Source of the DNA: an uncultured Gammaproteobacteria bacterium
Lineage (GTDB): Bacteria; Patescibacteriota; Patescibacteriia; Magasanikbacterales; GWA2-37-8
Direction: 5' to 3'
Length of the DNA: 64,000 nt
Assembly (NCBI GenBank): GCA_964533715.1
Contig: CAZHNI010000001.1
Span: 5,514-69,513 of the forward strand
Part shown: in pieces, positions 49,593 through 60,100 of the stretch
Layout of the letters: each line of letters opens with the position of its first letter
Position numbering within the stretch: the stretch's first letter is position 1
Position numbers and translations under genes: made by a program
The notes under the pieces: generated by a model
Told to the model about the DNA's origin: nothing
The model's input: the letters and a program-made list of their open reading frames with translations, nothing else
The model's database searches: none

Positions 49593-50402
49593 ATGCAGAG
49601 AAGAACCGCGCACAATAGACGGGTTGGTTTGATTGTTGGCTTCATTCTTTTTGTATTAATTGGAATGCACTATATTGGCTGGCTCGGTACCATTGAAGAA
49701 CTAATCCGCACGCTCAGTTTCCCTGTTTTTAGAAGTGTTTATAATACCGGAGCTTTTATTCGTGACAAGGCTTCTTTCTGGCGCGGGCGCAGCGAGCTCG
49801 TTAGTGCTCTTCAGACCTGTCGACAAAATGCGAGCATAACCCAATTACAGGTGGCTGATGTAAAAAAGTTAAAGGATGAAAATGATGATTTACGTAAACA
49901 ACTGCACCTCTTGCTCCATTCGCAAACCCCCATGATTATAGCAGAAGTGGTAGGAAAGGATATTACTAATGAACAACAACTGCTTTTATTAAATAAAGGG
50001 GAGCGTGCTGGCATAAAAGTCGGCTACCCAGTTGTGGTTGACGAAGGTGTGTTGGTGGGAAAAGTTATTAAAGTAACGCCAGATGCCTCGTGGATTTTAC
50101 TTATTAATGATAACCAGAGTAAAGTGGCGGCCACGATTTTAAATAAGGATAAGAGTTTGGGTGTAGTTGAAGGTGGCTATGGTATTAGTCTCCAAATGAA
50201 ATTAATTCCCCGTAATGAAACCGTAGCGGTGGGGGATCAGGTGATGACCTCTGGTCTTGAAAAAAACATTCCACGCGGGCTTTTGATTGGATCGGTTTCG
50301 GTTGTAGAGAATGAAGCTTACCAGCCATTTCAACAGGCTCTTATCGATCCACCGCACGATCTCTCAAAAATTTTTATTGTAGGCGTTCTCCAAACAAATT
50401 AG
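49593..50402 (+). CDS. mreC: Rod shape-determining protein MreC
   Basis: TM, LKDENDDLR coil, LNKGERAGI, LVGKV, TSGL..IPRGLLIG. Confidence 0.9.
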   Translation: MQRRTAHNRRVGLIVGFILFVLIGMHYIGWLGTIEELIRTLSFPVFRSVYNTGAFIRDKASFWRGRSELVSALQTCRQNASITQLQVADVKKLKDENDDLRKQLHLLLHSQTPMIIAEVVGKDITNEQQLLLLNKGERAGIKVGYPVVVDEGVLVGKVIKVTPDASWILLINDNQSKVAATILNKDKSLGVVEGGYGISLQMKLIPRNETVAVGDQVMTSGLEKNIPRGLLIGSVSVVENEAYQPFQQALIDPPHDLSKIFIVGVLQTN

Positions 50403-50406
50403 GCAT

Positions 50407-50931
50407 ATGAAATTTTTACAGACGCTGTGGCAAATTGGCGTGGCACTTTTTTTTATTTTGCTCCAAGTGAGCATTACAATTCTTTTTCCGCATTTATTGG
50501 TTAACTTTAATATTATTTTAATTGCCGCTATTTGTTGGATTCTACTCAGACAATCTTATGAGCCAATAATTTGGTCCTTATTTTTACAATTGATATTGGA
50601 AATTTTTGGAGTTTTACCATTTGGTACTAGTCTTATACCGCTTGCAGTATCTTTATTTTTAGTACACAAAATGGTTCAAACTATATTTACTAATCGTTCG
50701 CTCTACATGGTTTTTATAGCTAGTGCTATAGGAATAATGCTATTTCAAATTATTTTTATTCTTTTGCGTTGGGGAATAACCGTATGGAATGGTGGGCAAT
50801 ACTATTTTTCAATTCAATTTTTTGTGGACACTTTTAAAATGTGGTTTATTCAAACAGCTATCGTGGCAATTTTTTATTTTATTATATTTCGATTAAGCTC
50901 TGCGCGGAGTCCAAAGTTTATCCATCTATAA
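50407..50931 (+). CDS. mreD: MreD-like membrane protein
   Basis: Multi-TM protein between mreC and PBP2 (synteny). Confidence 0.65.
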   Translation: MKFLQTLWQIGVALFFILLQVSITILFPHLLVNFNIILIAAICWILLRQSYEPIIWSLFLQLILEIFGVLPFGTSLIPLAVSLFLVHKMVQTIFTNRSLYMVFIASAIGIMLFQIIFILLRWGITVWNGGQYYFSIQFFVDTFKMWFIQTAIVAIFYFIIFRLSSARSPKFIHL

Positions 50932-50938
50932 GCCACTT

Positions 50939-52921
50939 ATGTCCAGTAGCGATTTATTTAAAATAGGAAAAAATTTGGTAAAGAATGGCACGCTTGGTGG
51001 CAAATATCGTTATAATTGGGCGGAGGAATCATTTGATATCGAGGGTGAAAAACAGGCCCGTCTTGGAATAGGGCACACACGTCGTTTTTTAGGAGTTGGC
51101 ATATCAAAAAGAGCTTTGTTTATTTTTGCTATTTTTATTGCGTTTATTTCGCTCATTATTTTTGGGCGCATAATTTACCTCCAAGTGGGCAAGGGTTCAT
51201 TTTATCGCACATTGGCAGAAGGAAATCGTAATCGATTAGAAAGAATTACTCCAGAACGGGGCATTATCTATGATGTTTCTGGTAAACAGTTAGTCTCTAA
51301 TATTCCTAATTTTTCATTAGTTTTTGTACCACGTGATTTACCCAGAAACCAGACGGAGCGCTACTCTTTAATTGAAAAAGTTAGTTCAATGAGCGGTATC
51401 ACCGTAACTGATTTGTTGGCTTTGATTAGTGAAGCTAGCCCATACGGAAGCGAACCAATTGTTTTAAAAGAAAATATTGATTATGAATCAGCTTTGGCTC
51501 TTTATGTAGCGAATGCCGATTTGCCAGGAATAAGTATTATTAGTGGCATGCGTAGACATTACGGTTTAATAAATTCTTCCATATCCAGTAGCACTCTTAG
51601 TTTGTCTCATATTTTGGGCTATACGGGAAAACTTTCTCCACAAGAATTGAAAGATTTAAGTTCTGAAGGGTATGTACCAACCGATAAAATTGGAAAAAGC
51701 GGAATTGAGAAGATGTATGAAGATGATTTGCGTGGTGTGTATGGTAGAAAGCGTGTGGAGGTGGATGCATTTGGGAAAGAAAGAACTGTTTTGGCAGTCG
51801 ATCCACCACAGCCAGGGAAAAATGTATATCTTACCATTGATATTGAGGCACAGAGTGTGCTCGAGAGGTTAATTAAACAATCATCAGAAAAAACGGGGAG
51901 AAGAAAGTTTGCCGCTATCGCAATGAATCCTCAAAATGGTCATATTTTGGCAATGGTTAGCTGGCCAGCTTTTGATAATAATGAATTTGCCAACGGCATT
52001 CGGCAACAAACTTACTCAGCATATATTTCGGACCCAGACCAGCCACTGTTTAATCGGGTAATTGCTGGTACTTTTCCATCCGGTTCAACGGCAAAATTAG
52101 TAGTAGCGGCGGCGGCGCTGGAAGAAAAAGTAATAACACAGAATACAGTTTTTAATAGTGTTGGTGGGCTTCATGTGGGAAAATGGTACTTTAAAGATTG
52201 GAAAGCCGGAGGTCACGGTATTACTAATGTGACTAAGGCGCTGGCTTGGTCGGTGAATACTTTTTTTTATTATGTCGGCGGCGGGTACGATTCGTTTGTC
52301 GGTCTTGGGTTTGATCGTCTGAAACATTATATGTCTCTCTTTAATATTTCACAAAAAACCGGTATTGATTTGCCAGGAGAAAGTAGTGGCTTTTTACCAA
52401 CCAAAGAGTGGAAGCAAAAAACTAAAGGGGAACAATGGTATGTTGGTGATACTTACAACCTATCTATCGGGCAAGGTGATTTATTAGTTACACCACTTCA
52501 AGTGGCTATTTGGACGGCCGCCATTGCGAACGGTGGCAAGGTTATGTGGCCACATATTATTAATAAAATTGTTGATCCCACGACCCAAAAAGAAACTGTT
52601 GTATCCGATGTAACACTTCGAAAAGATTTTGTTTCACCTTCTAACATCGCGATAGTACAGCGCGGGCTTAGGGCCTGTGTTACTGATGGTAGTTGTAAGT
52701 TACTTGGGACGTTGCCATTTTTAGCAGCGGGCAAAACCGGTACAGCACAATGGAATAGTACTAAGCCAACCCATGCGTGGTTTACTTCTTTTGCCCCTTT
52801 TGATAAACCACAAATTGTGGTAACGATACTTGCCGAAGAAGGTGGTGAGGGAGCAACCGCGGCAATGCCGATTGCGCGTGATTTTTTGGCGTGGTGGGGA
52901 AAAAAGTATTTGTCTCTGTAA
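50939..52921 (+). CDS. mrdA: Penicillin-binding protein 2
   Basis: PERGIIYD, GSTAK (SxxK), SVN, KTGTAQ. Confidence 0.93.
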   Translation: MSSSDLFKIGKNLVKNGTLGGKYRYNWAEESFDIEGEKQARLGIGHTRRFLGVGISKRALFIFAIFIAFISLIIFGRIIYLQVGKGSFYRTLAEGNRNRLERITPERGIIYDVSGKQLVSNIPNFSLVFVPRDLPRNQTERYSLIEKVSSMSGITVTDLLALISEASPYGSEPIVLKENIDYESALALYVANADLPGISIISGMRRHYGLINSSISSSTLSLSHILGYTGKLSPQELKDLSSEGYVPTDKIGKSGIEKMYEDDLRGVYGRKRVEVDAFGKERTVLAVDPPQPGKNVYLTIDIEAQSVLERLIKQSSEKTGRRKFAAIAMNPQNGHILAMVSWPAFDNNEFANGIRQQTYSAYISDPDQPLFNRVIAGTFPSGSTAKLVVAAAALEEKVITQNTVFNSVGGLHVGKWYFKDWKAGGHGITNVTKALAWSVNTFFYYVGGGYDSFVGLGFDRLKHYMSLFNISQKTGIDLPGESSGFLPTKEWKQKTKGEQWYVGDTYNLSIGQGDLLVTPLQVAIWTAAIANGGKVMWPHIINKIVDPTTQKETVVSDVTLRKDFVSPSNIAIVQRGLRACVTDGSCKLLGTLPFLAAGKTGTAQWNSTKPTHAWFTSFAPFDKPQIVVTILAEEGGEGATAAMPIARDFLAWWGKKYLSL

Positions 52922-52928
52922 AATTAAT

Positions 52929-52957
52929 TTGACAGAGACTTGCTATCTGTTTATACT
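52929..52957 (+). promoter_or_regulatory. Sigma-70 promoter of greA
   Basis: TTGACA-N17-TATACT. Confidence 0.7.
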
Positions 52958-52987
52958 ATTTAACATACTTATTTTTATTTAATTTTT

Positions 52988-53449
52988 ATGGATGATCCTA
53001 TTCAATATCTTTCAGCGGAGAGTTTAGCAACGCTTAATAAAGAATACGAAGACTTAAAGAATATAAAAATTCCAGAAATTGCCAAGCGCATTGATGAAGC
53101 TAAACAACAAGGCGACTTGTCAGAAAATGCTGAGTACCATCAAGCACGCGAGGATATGTCGTGGGCTCAAGGTAGATTGGTTGAGCTCGAACAAATTATT
53201 AAAAATGCAAAGGTTATTGTTAAACAGTCATCGGGTGTCGTATCGGTTGGAAGCGTTTTGGTAGTAGAAACAAATAAACAGAAGAAAACCTACACCATTG
53301 TTGGCCCGCAAGAGATTAATCCGGCTAAAGGCCTTATTTCCAACGAATCACCGCTTGGCGAGGCATTTTTGGGGCATAAGGTAGGGGATAGCGTTGAAGT
53401 AACTGTCCCGTCAGGAAAGATGAAGTATACCATTCTCGAAATTAAATGA
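52988..53449 (+). CDS. greA: Transcription elongation factor GreA
   Basis: GDLSENAEY, ISNESPLG. Confidence 0.95.
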   Translation: MDDPIQYLSAESLATLNKEYEDLKNIKIPEIAKRIDEAKQQGDLSENAEYHQAREDMSWAQGRLVELEQIIKNAKVIVKQSSGVVSVGSVLVVETNKQKKTYTIVGPQEINPAKGLISNESPLGEAFLGHKVGDSVEVTVPSGKMKYTILEIK

Positions 53450-53491
53450 GACTTACAAAATAGCTTAAATTAGGGAAAATTTTAAAATAAA

Positions 53492-53523
53492 CAGGCACAC
53501 CAAAAAGACGGTGTGTCTTTTTT
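53492..53523 (+). terminator. Intrinsic terminator after greA
   Basis: GGCACACC/GGTGTGTC hairpin plus T run. Confidence 0.7.
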
Positions 53524-53579
53524 GACGATTTTATTAATTTCAGGTATACTTTTATGGACTTTTCTTAATTTAAATTGAT

Positions 53580-55067
53580 ATGTCAGCCCAAAACAAGCCA
53601 ACTGATGCGAGCCTTCTTAAAGAAGATGCTATTCGGCTTGAACACCTAAAGCGTTTACAAGAAAACAATATTAATCCGTACCCTACAACAGCCGAGCGTT
53701 CTCACACCCTCGAAGAAGCCCGCCTACTCCCATCTGGTACAGCGGTTACAGTGGTAGGGCGAATTATGGCGCGCCGTGAAATGGGAAAAATTACCTTTTG
53801 TCATCTCAAAGATTTTTCTGGGCGCTTGCAAATTGCTTTTTCGGAAGTTGAACTAGGTAAAGAATCATATAAATTTTTTATTAAAAATTTTGACTGCGGC
53901 GATCTGTTCCAAATAAGTGGGGAAATGTTTGTAACGCACAAGGGTGAAGTTTCGGTTTTAGTAAAAAAATACACCGTGCTCGCCAAGAGTTTGTTGCCGC
54001 TTCCAGAAAAATTTCATGGTTTAACCGATATTGAGCAACGTTATCGTAGACGTTACTTGGATTTAATTTCCAATGAGGATGCAATGCGCATCGCCAAAAT
54101 GCGCAGTGATCTTGTTAGACATATCCGAAATTATTTTGATGCCAAAGATTTTTTTGAAGTGGAAACGCCGGTATTACAAACACTTTATGGTGGTGCTTTG
54201 GCCAAACCATTTGTGACCCATCACAACGCGCTTGATATTCCTCTATATCTCCGCATTGCACCGGAACTATACCTAAAACGGCTTATTGTTGGCGGGTTTG
54301 AGGCTGTATACGAAATTGCCAAATGTTTTCGTAATGAAGGTATTGATCACAATCATAACCCGGAATTTACCCAAATTGAATTTTATTGGGCCTACAAAAA
54401 TTATCGCGATTTAATGGATTTAATGGAAGATCTACTCCCACATCTTATTAAAAAATTAGGGTTATCCCTTAAAATGAAAATTGGCAACGATGCGGTTGAT
54501 TTTACTCCTCCGTATCCACGCGTTTCCATGCGAGAACTAATACAACAATACGCAAAAATTGATATTGAAGATTTTCCTGATCGCGAGTCGCTCTTTGCAC
54601 AAGCCAAAAAATTAAAAGTAGATGACGTGGATGAAACTATGGATCGCGGAACATTAATTGATGAAATTTATAAAAAATTTGCCCGACCAAATATTATCAA
54701 CCCGGTTTTCATGATAGATCACCCGGTTGAGCTGTCACCACTTGCCAAACGAAAGCCCGAAAATCCACTCTATGTAGAACGTTTTCAACTGCTGTGCGTG
54801 GGTGGCAACGAACTCTGTAATGCATTTACCGAGTTGAATGACCCGCTCGACCAGGAGGCGCGTTTTAAAGAACAAGTACAAAATAAAGAAGCCGGGAATG
54901 ACGAAAGCATGCCCTATGATGAAGATTTTGTAACCGCGCTCAAGTATGGCATGCCGCCAACCGCTGGTCTTGGTATGGGAATTGATCGCTTGGTGAAACT
55001 ACTGACTAACGTCGACAACCTTAAAGAGGTTATTCTGTTTCCCACCATGCGGCCGGAGCAGAAATAA
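53580..55067 (+). CDS. lysS: Lysine--tRNA ligase (class II)
   Basis: YLRIAPELYLKRL, FRNEG..HNPEF, GMGIDRL. Confidence 0.96.
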   Translation: MSAQNKPTDASLLKEDAIRLEHLKRLQENNINPYPTTAERSHTLEEARLLPSGTAVTVVGRIMARREMGKITFCHLKDFSGRLQIAFSEVELGKESYKFFIKNFDCGDLFQISGEMFVTHKGEVSVLVKKYTVLAKSLLPLPEKFHGLTDIEQRYRRRYLDLISNEDAMRIAKMRSDLVRHIRNYFDAKDFFEVETPVLQTLYGGALAKPFVTHHNALDIPLYLRIAPELYLKRLIVGGFEAVYEIAKCFRNEGIDHNHNPEFTQIEFYWAYKNYRDLMDLMEDLLPHLIKKLGLSLKMKIGNDAVDFTPPYPRVSMRELIQQYAKIDIEDFPDRESLFAQAKKLKVDDVDETMDRGTLIDEIYKKFARPNIINPVFMIDHPVELSPLAKRKPENPLYVERFQLLCVGGNELCNAFTELNDPLDQEARFKEQVQNKEAGNDESMPYDEDFVTALKYGMPPTAGLGMGIDRLVKLLTNVDNLKEVILFPTMRPEQK

Positions 55068-55071
55068 ATGT

Positions 55072-55467
55072 ATGAAAAAAGTAATGGTGTTTGGGACATT
55101 CGACATTTTACATCCCGGTCACACTCATATGCTTAAAGAGGCGAAAGAATATGGTGACTATTTTGTTGTTGTTGTTAGTCGTGATGAGACAGTGTGCCAA
55201 CTGAAAGGAAAACCTCCAAAAAATTCAGAAAATTTACGATTAAAGCAGGTAGAAGCCTTAGGCATAGCCGATAAAGTGAGATTAGGTTGTTTGGACGACA
55301 AACATCAGGCGGTTAAAGAGGAAGATCCTGACATTGTGGCCATAGGCTATGATCAAAAGTTTTTTTTAGATGATCTAGAAAAAAGCTTAAAAAGTTCTGC
55401 TCAGATAGTACGGCTGACCCCTTTTAAACCGGAAATTTACAAAAGCTCAAAATTACGACATGATTAA
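55072..55467 (+). CDS. Cytidyltransferase-like / FAD synthase (RibL-type)
   Basis: FGTFDILHPGH, IGYDQ, YKSSK. Confidence 0.8.
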   Translation: MKKVMVFGTFDILHPGHTHMLKEAKEYGDYFVVVVSRDETVCQLKGKPPKNSENLRLKQVEALGIADKVRLGCLDDKHQAVKEEDPDIVAIGYDQKFFLDDLEKSLKSSAQIVRLTPFKPEIYKSSKLRHD

Positions 55468-56485
55468 AATTCTTTTTGCCACCACCAACGAAGGAAAATT
55501 TAAAGAACTTCTTACCGAAGTAGGGGATTTACCATTTAAATTTGTAAGTCTTAAAGATGTTGGGCTTAGCGGCTATTTGGTAGACGAACCATTTGAAACT
55601 ACCTGGGAAAATGCCGTTCACAAATCACAAGAATATGGCAAGAAGAGCGGTCTCATTACATTTTCTGAGGACACTGGTTTTTTTGTTCAGGCACTCAAAG
55701 GAGCCCCAGGGGTAAAAGCGCATCGCTATGCCAACTCGCCAAACGAACGCGTAAGCAAAGTTTTGCAATCGCTTAAAAATGTACCGGAAAAAAAACGCCA
55801 GGCATATTTTGAAGCAAGCGGATGTTTGTATAATCCAAAAAACGATTCTTTTACAATTTTAAGAGGCAAAGTTAAAGGGTTCATCACAACACGGATGATT
55901 GGTCAAAACGAACTGGGAATGACCTACGATGCTATTTTTTACTATCCACCACTTAAAAAAACTTTTTCTCAAATTTCAATTCAAGACAAGAATTTAATTA
56001 GCCACCGCGGTAAAATTATTAACCAACTCCGTATTTTTTTACTCCGCAACTACGGGTTTAAACAAATTATTGTCCCCATTGCTTTTGTAGTAAAGAATCG
56101 CAAATTACTTCTTCTCAAACGCCGCGACCATCGTAAGAATCTCAACGAACGGTGGGAATTTCCGGGCGGGGGAATAGAGAATGGTGAAAGCGTAGAAAAA
56201 GCAATTGTGCGGGAAACAAAGGAAGAAAGCGGGTTTACGGTCGACATCACCAAACAACTAACGGGAATACCTACCATTGTGCGTAAAGCACAAAATGATC
56301 CATTTCAAATTTTTTTAGTGCCATTTTTGTGTTCTGTAAAAAGTGGCAAGTTAAAAATTGCTCCGCATGAAGCATCCGAAGCAGGCTGGTTTACTATTAA
56401 AGAATCTTTAGCTTTAAATCAATTTCCACTTAATAAAAAAATAATTCGTCAACATTTATCATTACTTAAAAAATATATTGATTAA
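55460..56485 (+). CDS. RdgB/Ham1 NTP pyrophosphatase fused to NUDIX hydrolase
   Basis: ATTNEGKFKE, EDTG..GAPGV, SHRG; then WEFPGGGIENGESVEKAIVRETKEESG. Confidence 0.88.
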   Translation: MIKILFATTNEGKFKELLTEVGDLPFKFVSLKDVGLSGYLVDEPFETTWENAVHKSQEYGKKSGLITFSEDTGFFVQALKGAPGVKAHRYANSPNERVSKVLQSLKNVPEKKRQAYFEASGCLYNPKNDSFTILRGKVKGFITTRMIGQNELGMTYDAIFYYPPLKKTFSQISIQDKNLISHRGKIINQLRIFLLRNYGFKQIIVPIAFVVKNRKLLLLKRRDHRKNLNERWEFPGGGIENGESVEKAIVRETKEESGFTVDITKQLTGIPTIVRKAQNDPFQIFLVPFLCSVKSGKLKIAPHEASEAGWFTIKESLALNQFPLNKKIIRQHLSLLKKYID

Positions 56486-56491
56486 TAACAT

Positions 56492-57775
56492 ATGATAGAC
56501 ATAAAATTTATTCGAGAGAGTAGGGCGCTCGTTGAAAAAAATAATACAGCCCGTCGCGTTTCCATTGACTTGGACGCTTTGTTAGCGCTTGATGCAGAAT
56601 ATCTTGATTTGCAAAAAAAGGCCGATGATTTACGCGCGAAACGAAATCAACGTTCCAAAACCAAACCAACAGATGAAGAGATAGCCCTAATGCGAAAATT
56701 AGGCGATGAAATAACGGATTTAGAGGGCCTGGCAAAAGAAAAATGGGATGATCTTAAACAACTTTTATATAAATTACCTAACTTTACGCACACTGATGTG
56801 CCTATTGGAAAGGATGATACGGAAAATAAAGTTGTGCGCAAAGTAGGGGAACCAAAAATATTTAATTTTAAACCTTTAGAACATTTCGAACTTGGTGAAA
56901 AGCTTGGGTTAATTGACCTCACAACCGCCGCTAAAGTTTCTGGTTCTCGGTTCGCATATCTTAAGGGGGCTCTAGCACTCCTCGAATTTGCTTTAGTTCA
57001 ACATGTTTTTTCCATTCTTACAAATGCAGAAATATTAGAAAAAATTATTACCGAAAATAAGCTCACTGTTTCTGCTAAACCTTTTTTACCAATTGTTCCG
57101 CCGGTAATGATTCGCCCCGATGTATTTGAAAAAATGGGCCGACTAGAACCACGTGAAGAGCGCTATCATTTGGACCAAGACGATATGTATTTGGTGGGGA
57201 GTGCGGAACACACCCTCGGCCCCATGCATATGGACAGCACTTTTACGGAAAGCGAACTGCCTGTACGCTATATTGGTTTTTCTACAGCGTTCCGTCGTGA
57301 GGCTGGTAGTTATGGTAAAGATACTAAGGGAATTTTTCGAGTTCATCAGTTTGATAAAATGGAGATGGAGTCATTTACTACTGCGGAGCAATCTGCTTCT
57401 GAGCAAGATCTTATATTGGCTATTCAAGAATATCTTATGCAATCGCTTGGTATCCCATATCAGGTATTACTTAAATGTACCGGCGACATGGGTTTGCCGG
57501 ATTACCGTGAGTATGATATTGAAGCTTGGTTGCCAGGGCAGGGAAAATATCGCGAAACACATACAGCCGATCTTATGACCGACTACCAATCGCGCCGTTT
57601 AAATATAAAGGTAAAACGATCTACCGGTAAAGCAGAGCTTGTTCACATGAATGACGCAACGGCTTTTGCCATTGGCAGGACTCTTATCGCCATCATGGAA
57701 AATTATCAGACCGAGGATGGCCATATTATTGTTCCAGAAGCTCTTAAAAAGTACGTTAGTTTTGACCGCATCTAA
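56492..57775 (+). CDS. serS: Serine--tRNA ligase
   Basis: FRREAGSYGKDT..FRVHQFDK, MENYQ. Confidence 0.96.
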   Translation: MIDIKFIRESRALVEKNNTARRVSIDLDALLALDAEYLDLQKKADDLRAKRNQRSKTKPTDEEIALMRKLGDEITDLEGLAKEKWDDLKQLLYKLPNFTHTDVPIGKDDTENKVVRKVGEPKIFNFKPLEHFELGEKLGLIDLTTAAKVSGSRFAYLKGALALLEFALVQHVFSILTNAEILEKIITENKLTVSAKPFLPIVPPVMIRPDVFEKMGRLEPREERYHLDQDDMYLVGSAEHTLGPMHMDSTFTESELPVRYIGFSTAFRREAGSYGKDTKGIFRVHQFDKMEMESFTTAEQSASEQDLILAIQEYLMQSLGIPYQVLLKCTGDMGLPDYREYDIEAWLPGQGKYRETHTADLMTDYQSRRLNIKVKRSTGKAELVHMNDATAFAIGRTLIAIMENYQTEDGHIIVPEALKKYVSFDRI

Positions 57776-57802
57776 ATAGGCATACGGTTTTGAGCTAAAA
57801 TT

Positions 57803-58933
57803 ATGAAAAACATGCAACCGCCGCTCACCTGGGTTGAAATAAGCCGTTCGGCTTTTAATTACAATATTTCAGCCTTCCGTAAACGTATTGGGAAAAAAGT
57901 GCTTCTCATGCCAGTTATAAAATCCAATGCATACGGGCATGATATTGTTTTGATTGGAAAGTTATGTGAAGCTAATGCTGATGTTGATAGAATTTGTGTG
58001 GTAAGTTTAGATGAAGCCTTGCTTTTGCGTAAAAATGGGATTACCAAACCCATTGTTATTCTAGCAATCTATTCTTTTGAAGAGCGCAAAATTGCTGAGG
58101 CAGTTCGTAAAAAAATTATTTTCCCTTTGTATACACGTGAACAAGCCAAGTTAATCCATACAGTTGCAAAGAGGCTCCACACAAAGGCCCTAGTTCATCT
58201 CAAAGTGGATATTGGGACATCCCGAATTGGCGTGCCCGTTGCAGAACTTCCTGTATTTTTAAAAGATATTAAAACATGTTCACATCTTATTTTTGATGGG
58301 GTGTTCGGGCATTTTGCCTCGAGCGAAGATGACGCCGAAAGAACAAATAAACAAAACAGCACTTTTCAAAAAGCACTCACAATTTTAAAAACAGCCGGCC
58401 TATCTGTTCCGGTACAACACGTTGCTTGTTCGGCTTCTACAACTTTACACGCAAAAACTCACTACAATGCAGTCCGTGTTGGCCTTGGAGTGTATGGTTT
58501 AGACCCTTCAGGTGCTTCCCGTAAGAAAATAGAATTAAAACCTATTCTGCAGTGGTTTACCACAATACTACAAACTAAAACCGTTCCAGCCGGCACTCAG
58601 GTGAGCTATGGCGGCACCTATACAACAAAACAAAAAACCACTCTTGCCACCCTTCCGGTAGGCTATTTTGACGGGTATGATAGGGGATTTTCTAATAATT
58701 CCGTTGTCCTAGTACGAGGAAAACGTTGCCCAGTTAGAGGGCGGGTATGCATGAATTTAAGCATAATTGACATTACTGGCGTTCCTAATGTTAAAGCAGG
58801 GGACACCGTAGTACTTCTTGGTACAAATAAAAAAGTAAATGTGAGCGCCGACGAGCTTGCCAAAAATATTAACACCATCAATTACGAGATAGTTACTCGA
58901 ATAAATCAGAACATTCCTCGGTTAGTTGTTTAA
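57803..58933 (+). CDS. alr: Alanine racemase
   Basis: VIKSNAYGH, HLKVDIG, GRVCMN, TINYE. Confidence 0.93.
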   Translation: MKNMQPPLTWVEISRSAFNYNISAFRKRIGKKVLLMPVIKSNAYGHDIVLIGKLCEANADVDRICVVSLDEALLLRKNGITKPIVILAIYSFEERKIAEAVRKKIIFPLYTREQAKLIHTVAKRLHTKALVHLKVDIGTSRIGVPVAELPVFLKDIKTCSHLIFDGVFGHFASSEDDAERTNKQNSTFQKALTILKTAGLSVPVQHVACSASTTLHAKTHYNAVRVGLGVYGLDPSGASRKKIELKPILQWFTTILQTKTVPAGTQVSYGGTYTTKQKTTLATLPVGYFDGYDRGFSNNSVVLVRGKRCPVRGRVCMNLSIIDITGVPNVKAGDTVVLLGTNKKVNVSADELAKNINTINYEIVTRINQNIPRLVV

Positions 58934-58937
58934 ATGT

Positions 58938-59945
58938 ATGCGATACTTTCGTTCTTCACAAAGCTTTCGCAGTTATGAGCCGCGTGAAGGCTGGCTAAAG
59001 CGTTGGAAAAAGAGACGTGCACAGCGAAAATTTAAGCCCGTTTCTTTATTACCAATTCACGACTGGGGGCGCAACCCTTTTGTGAGAGAAAATAACCATA
59101 ATGGTTATTCGATACGTTTTCGTGTTCTAATTTTCTTATGTATTGTTATTAGTTGGGTAGGATTAGTTTTATTTTTACCATTCTTTAAAATCACTCAAAT
59201 TCGTTATTCGGGTCTAAAGATAATTCAACAAAATGAACTCGAAGCCGCGGTTCGAGAAAATTTTTTTACACCTCGTTTATTTATCCCTCGCGACAATTAT
59301 TTTTTAGTAAATCCAACAAAAATTGAAGCATTTTTGAAACAAAGGTACGCAGTTCGTTCAATTCATATCCAGAAAATTTTTCCGCACACTTTACAAATAA
59401 ATATTGAAGAGAGTTCGGCTACGCTGATATACGATAATGGCTCAAACTATTTTTTACTCGATGAATTTGGAACCGCTATTAAATCCCTGGGCCAAACAAG
59501 CGACAACACCTTACCCCAGCCTATTTCTGCTACCTCTATCACCAGTACCTTTTTTGTTAATTCCACAGCTAGCACAACCAATCACGCCCCAGATTTCCGC
59601 AAACTAATAAAAGAATATGGTGGTTTGTATCCAATTGTATTTGATAAACGCAAGTTAGTAATAAACGAAAAACAAACGGGGATTCTGAAACCGGATTTTA
59701 TTTCTGCGTTAATCACGCTTTCCGATCAGATTAAAAAACAAAAAATTGTGAGCATGGTTTATTACTTTACCATGGATAACCCCGAGAGTGGGGTAGGGGT
59801 GATTTCTAACCAACCCTGGCGAATTGATATTCGGCCACTTGGTGACTTAAATACGCAACTGGAAAATTTTCGGTATATTTTAAAATCAAACCATCCAACA
59901 GAATACGTTGACGTCCGTTTTGGAGACCGTGTGTACTGGAAATAG
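58938..59945 (+). CDS. FtsQ/DivIB-like POTRA domain protein
   Basis: TM, PFFKITQI, KIFPHTLQINIEE, C-terminal YVDVRFGDRVYWK. Confidence 0.8.
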   Translation: MRYFRSSQSFRSYEPREGWLKRWKKRRAQRKFKPVSLLPIHDWGRNPFVRENNHNGYSIRFRVLIFLCIVISWVGLVLFLPFFKITQIRYSGLKIIQQNELEAAVRENFFTPRLFIPRDNYFLVNPTKIEAFLKQRYAVRSIHIQKIFPHTLQINIEESSATLIYDNGSNYFLLDEFGTAIKSLGQTSDNTLPQPISATSITSTFFVNSTASTTNHAPDFRKLIKEYGGLYPIVFDKRKLVINEKQTGILKPDFISALITLSDQIKKQKIVSMVYYFTMDNPESGVGVISNQPWRIDIRPLGDLNTQLENFRYILKSNHPTEYVDVRFGDRVYWK

Positions 59946-60071
59946 GCGGGCCTCTTTAAAAGAGAGGGGGCCAATAGAACCAAAGGGTTCCGTGTTACTC
60001 AACGTCGTATAACATAGACAAAATGGCTAAGGTTAGTTGAAATAACGACCTAGCCAGTTATCCAAGTGACT

Positions 60072-60100
60072 AACCAAGTTGATTAACAACTTGGTTTTTT
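60072..60100 (+). terminator. Intrinsic terminator
   Basis: AACCAAGTTG-ATTAA-CAACTTGGTT plus T run. Confidence 0.75.
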
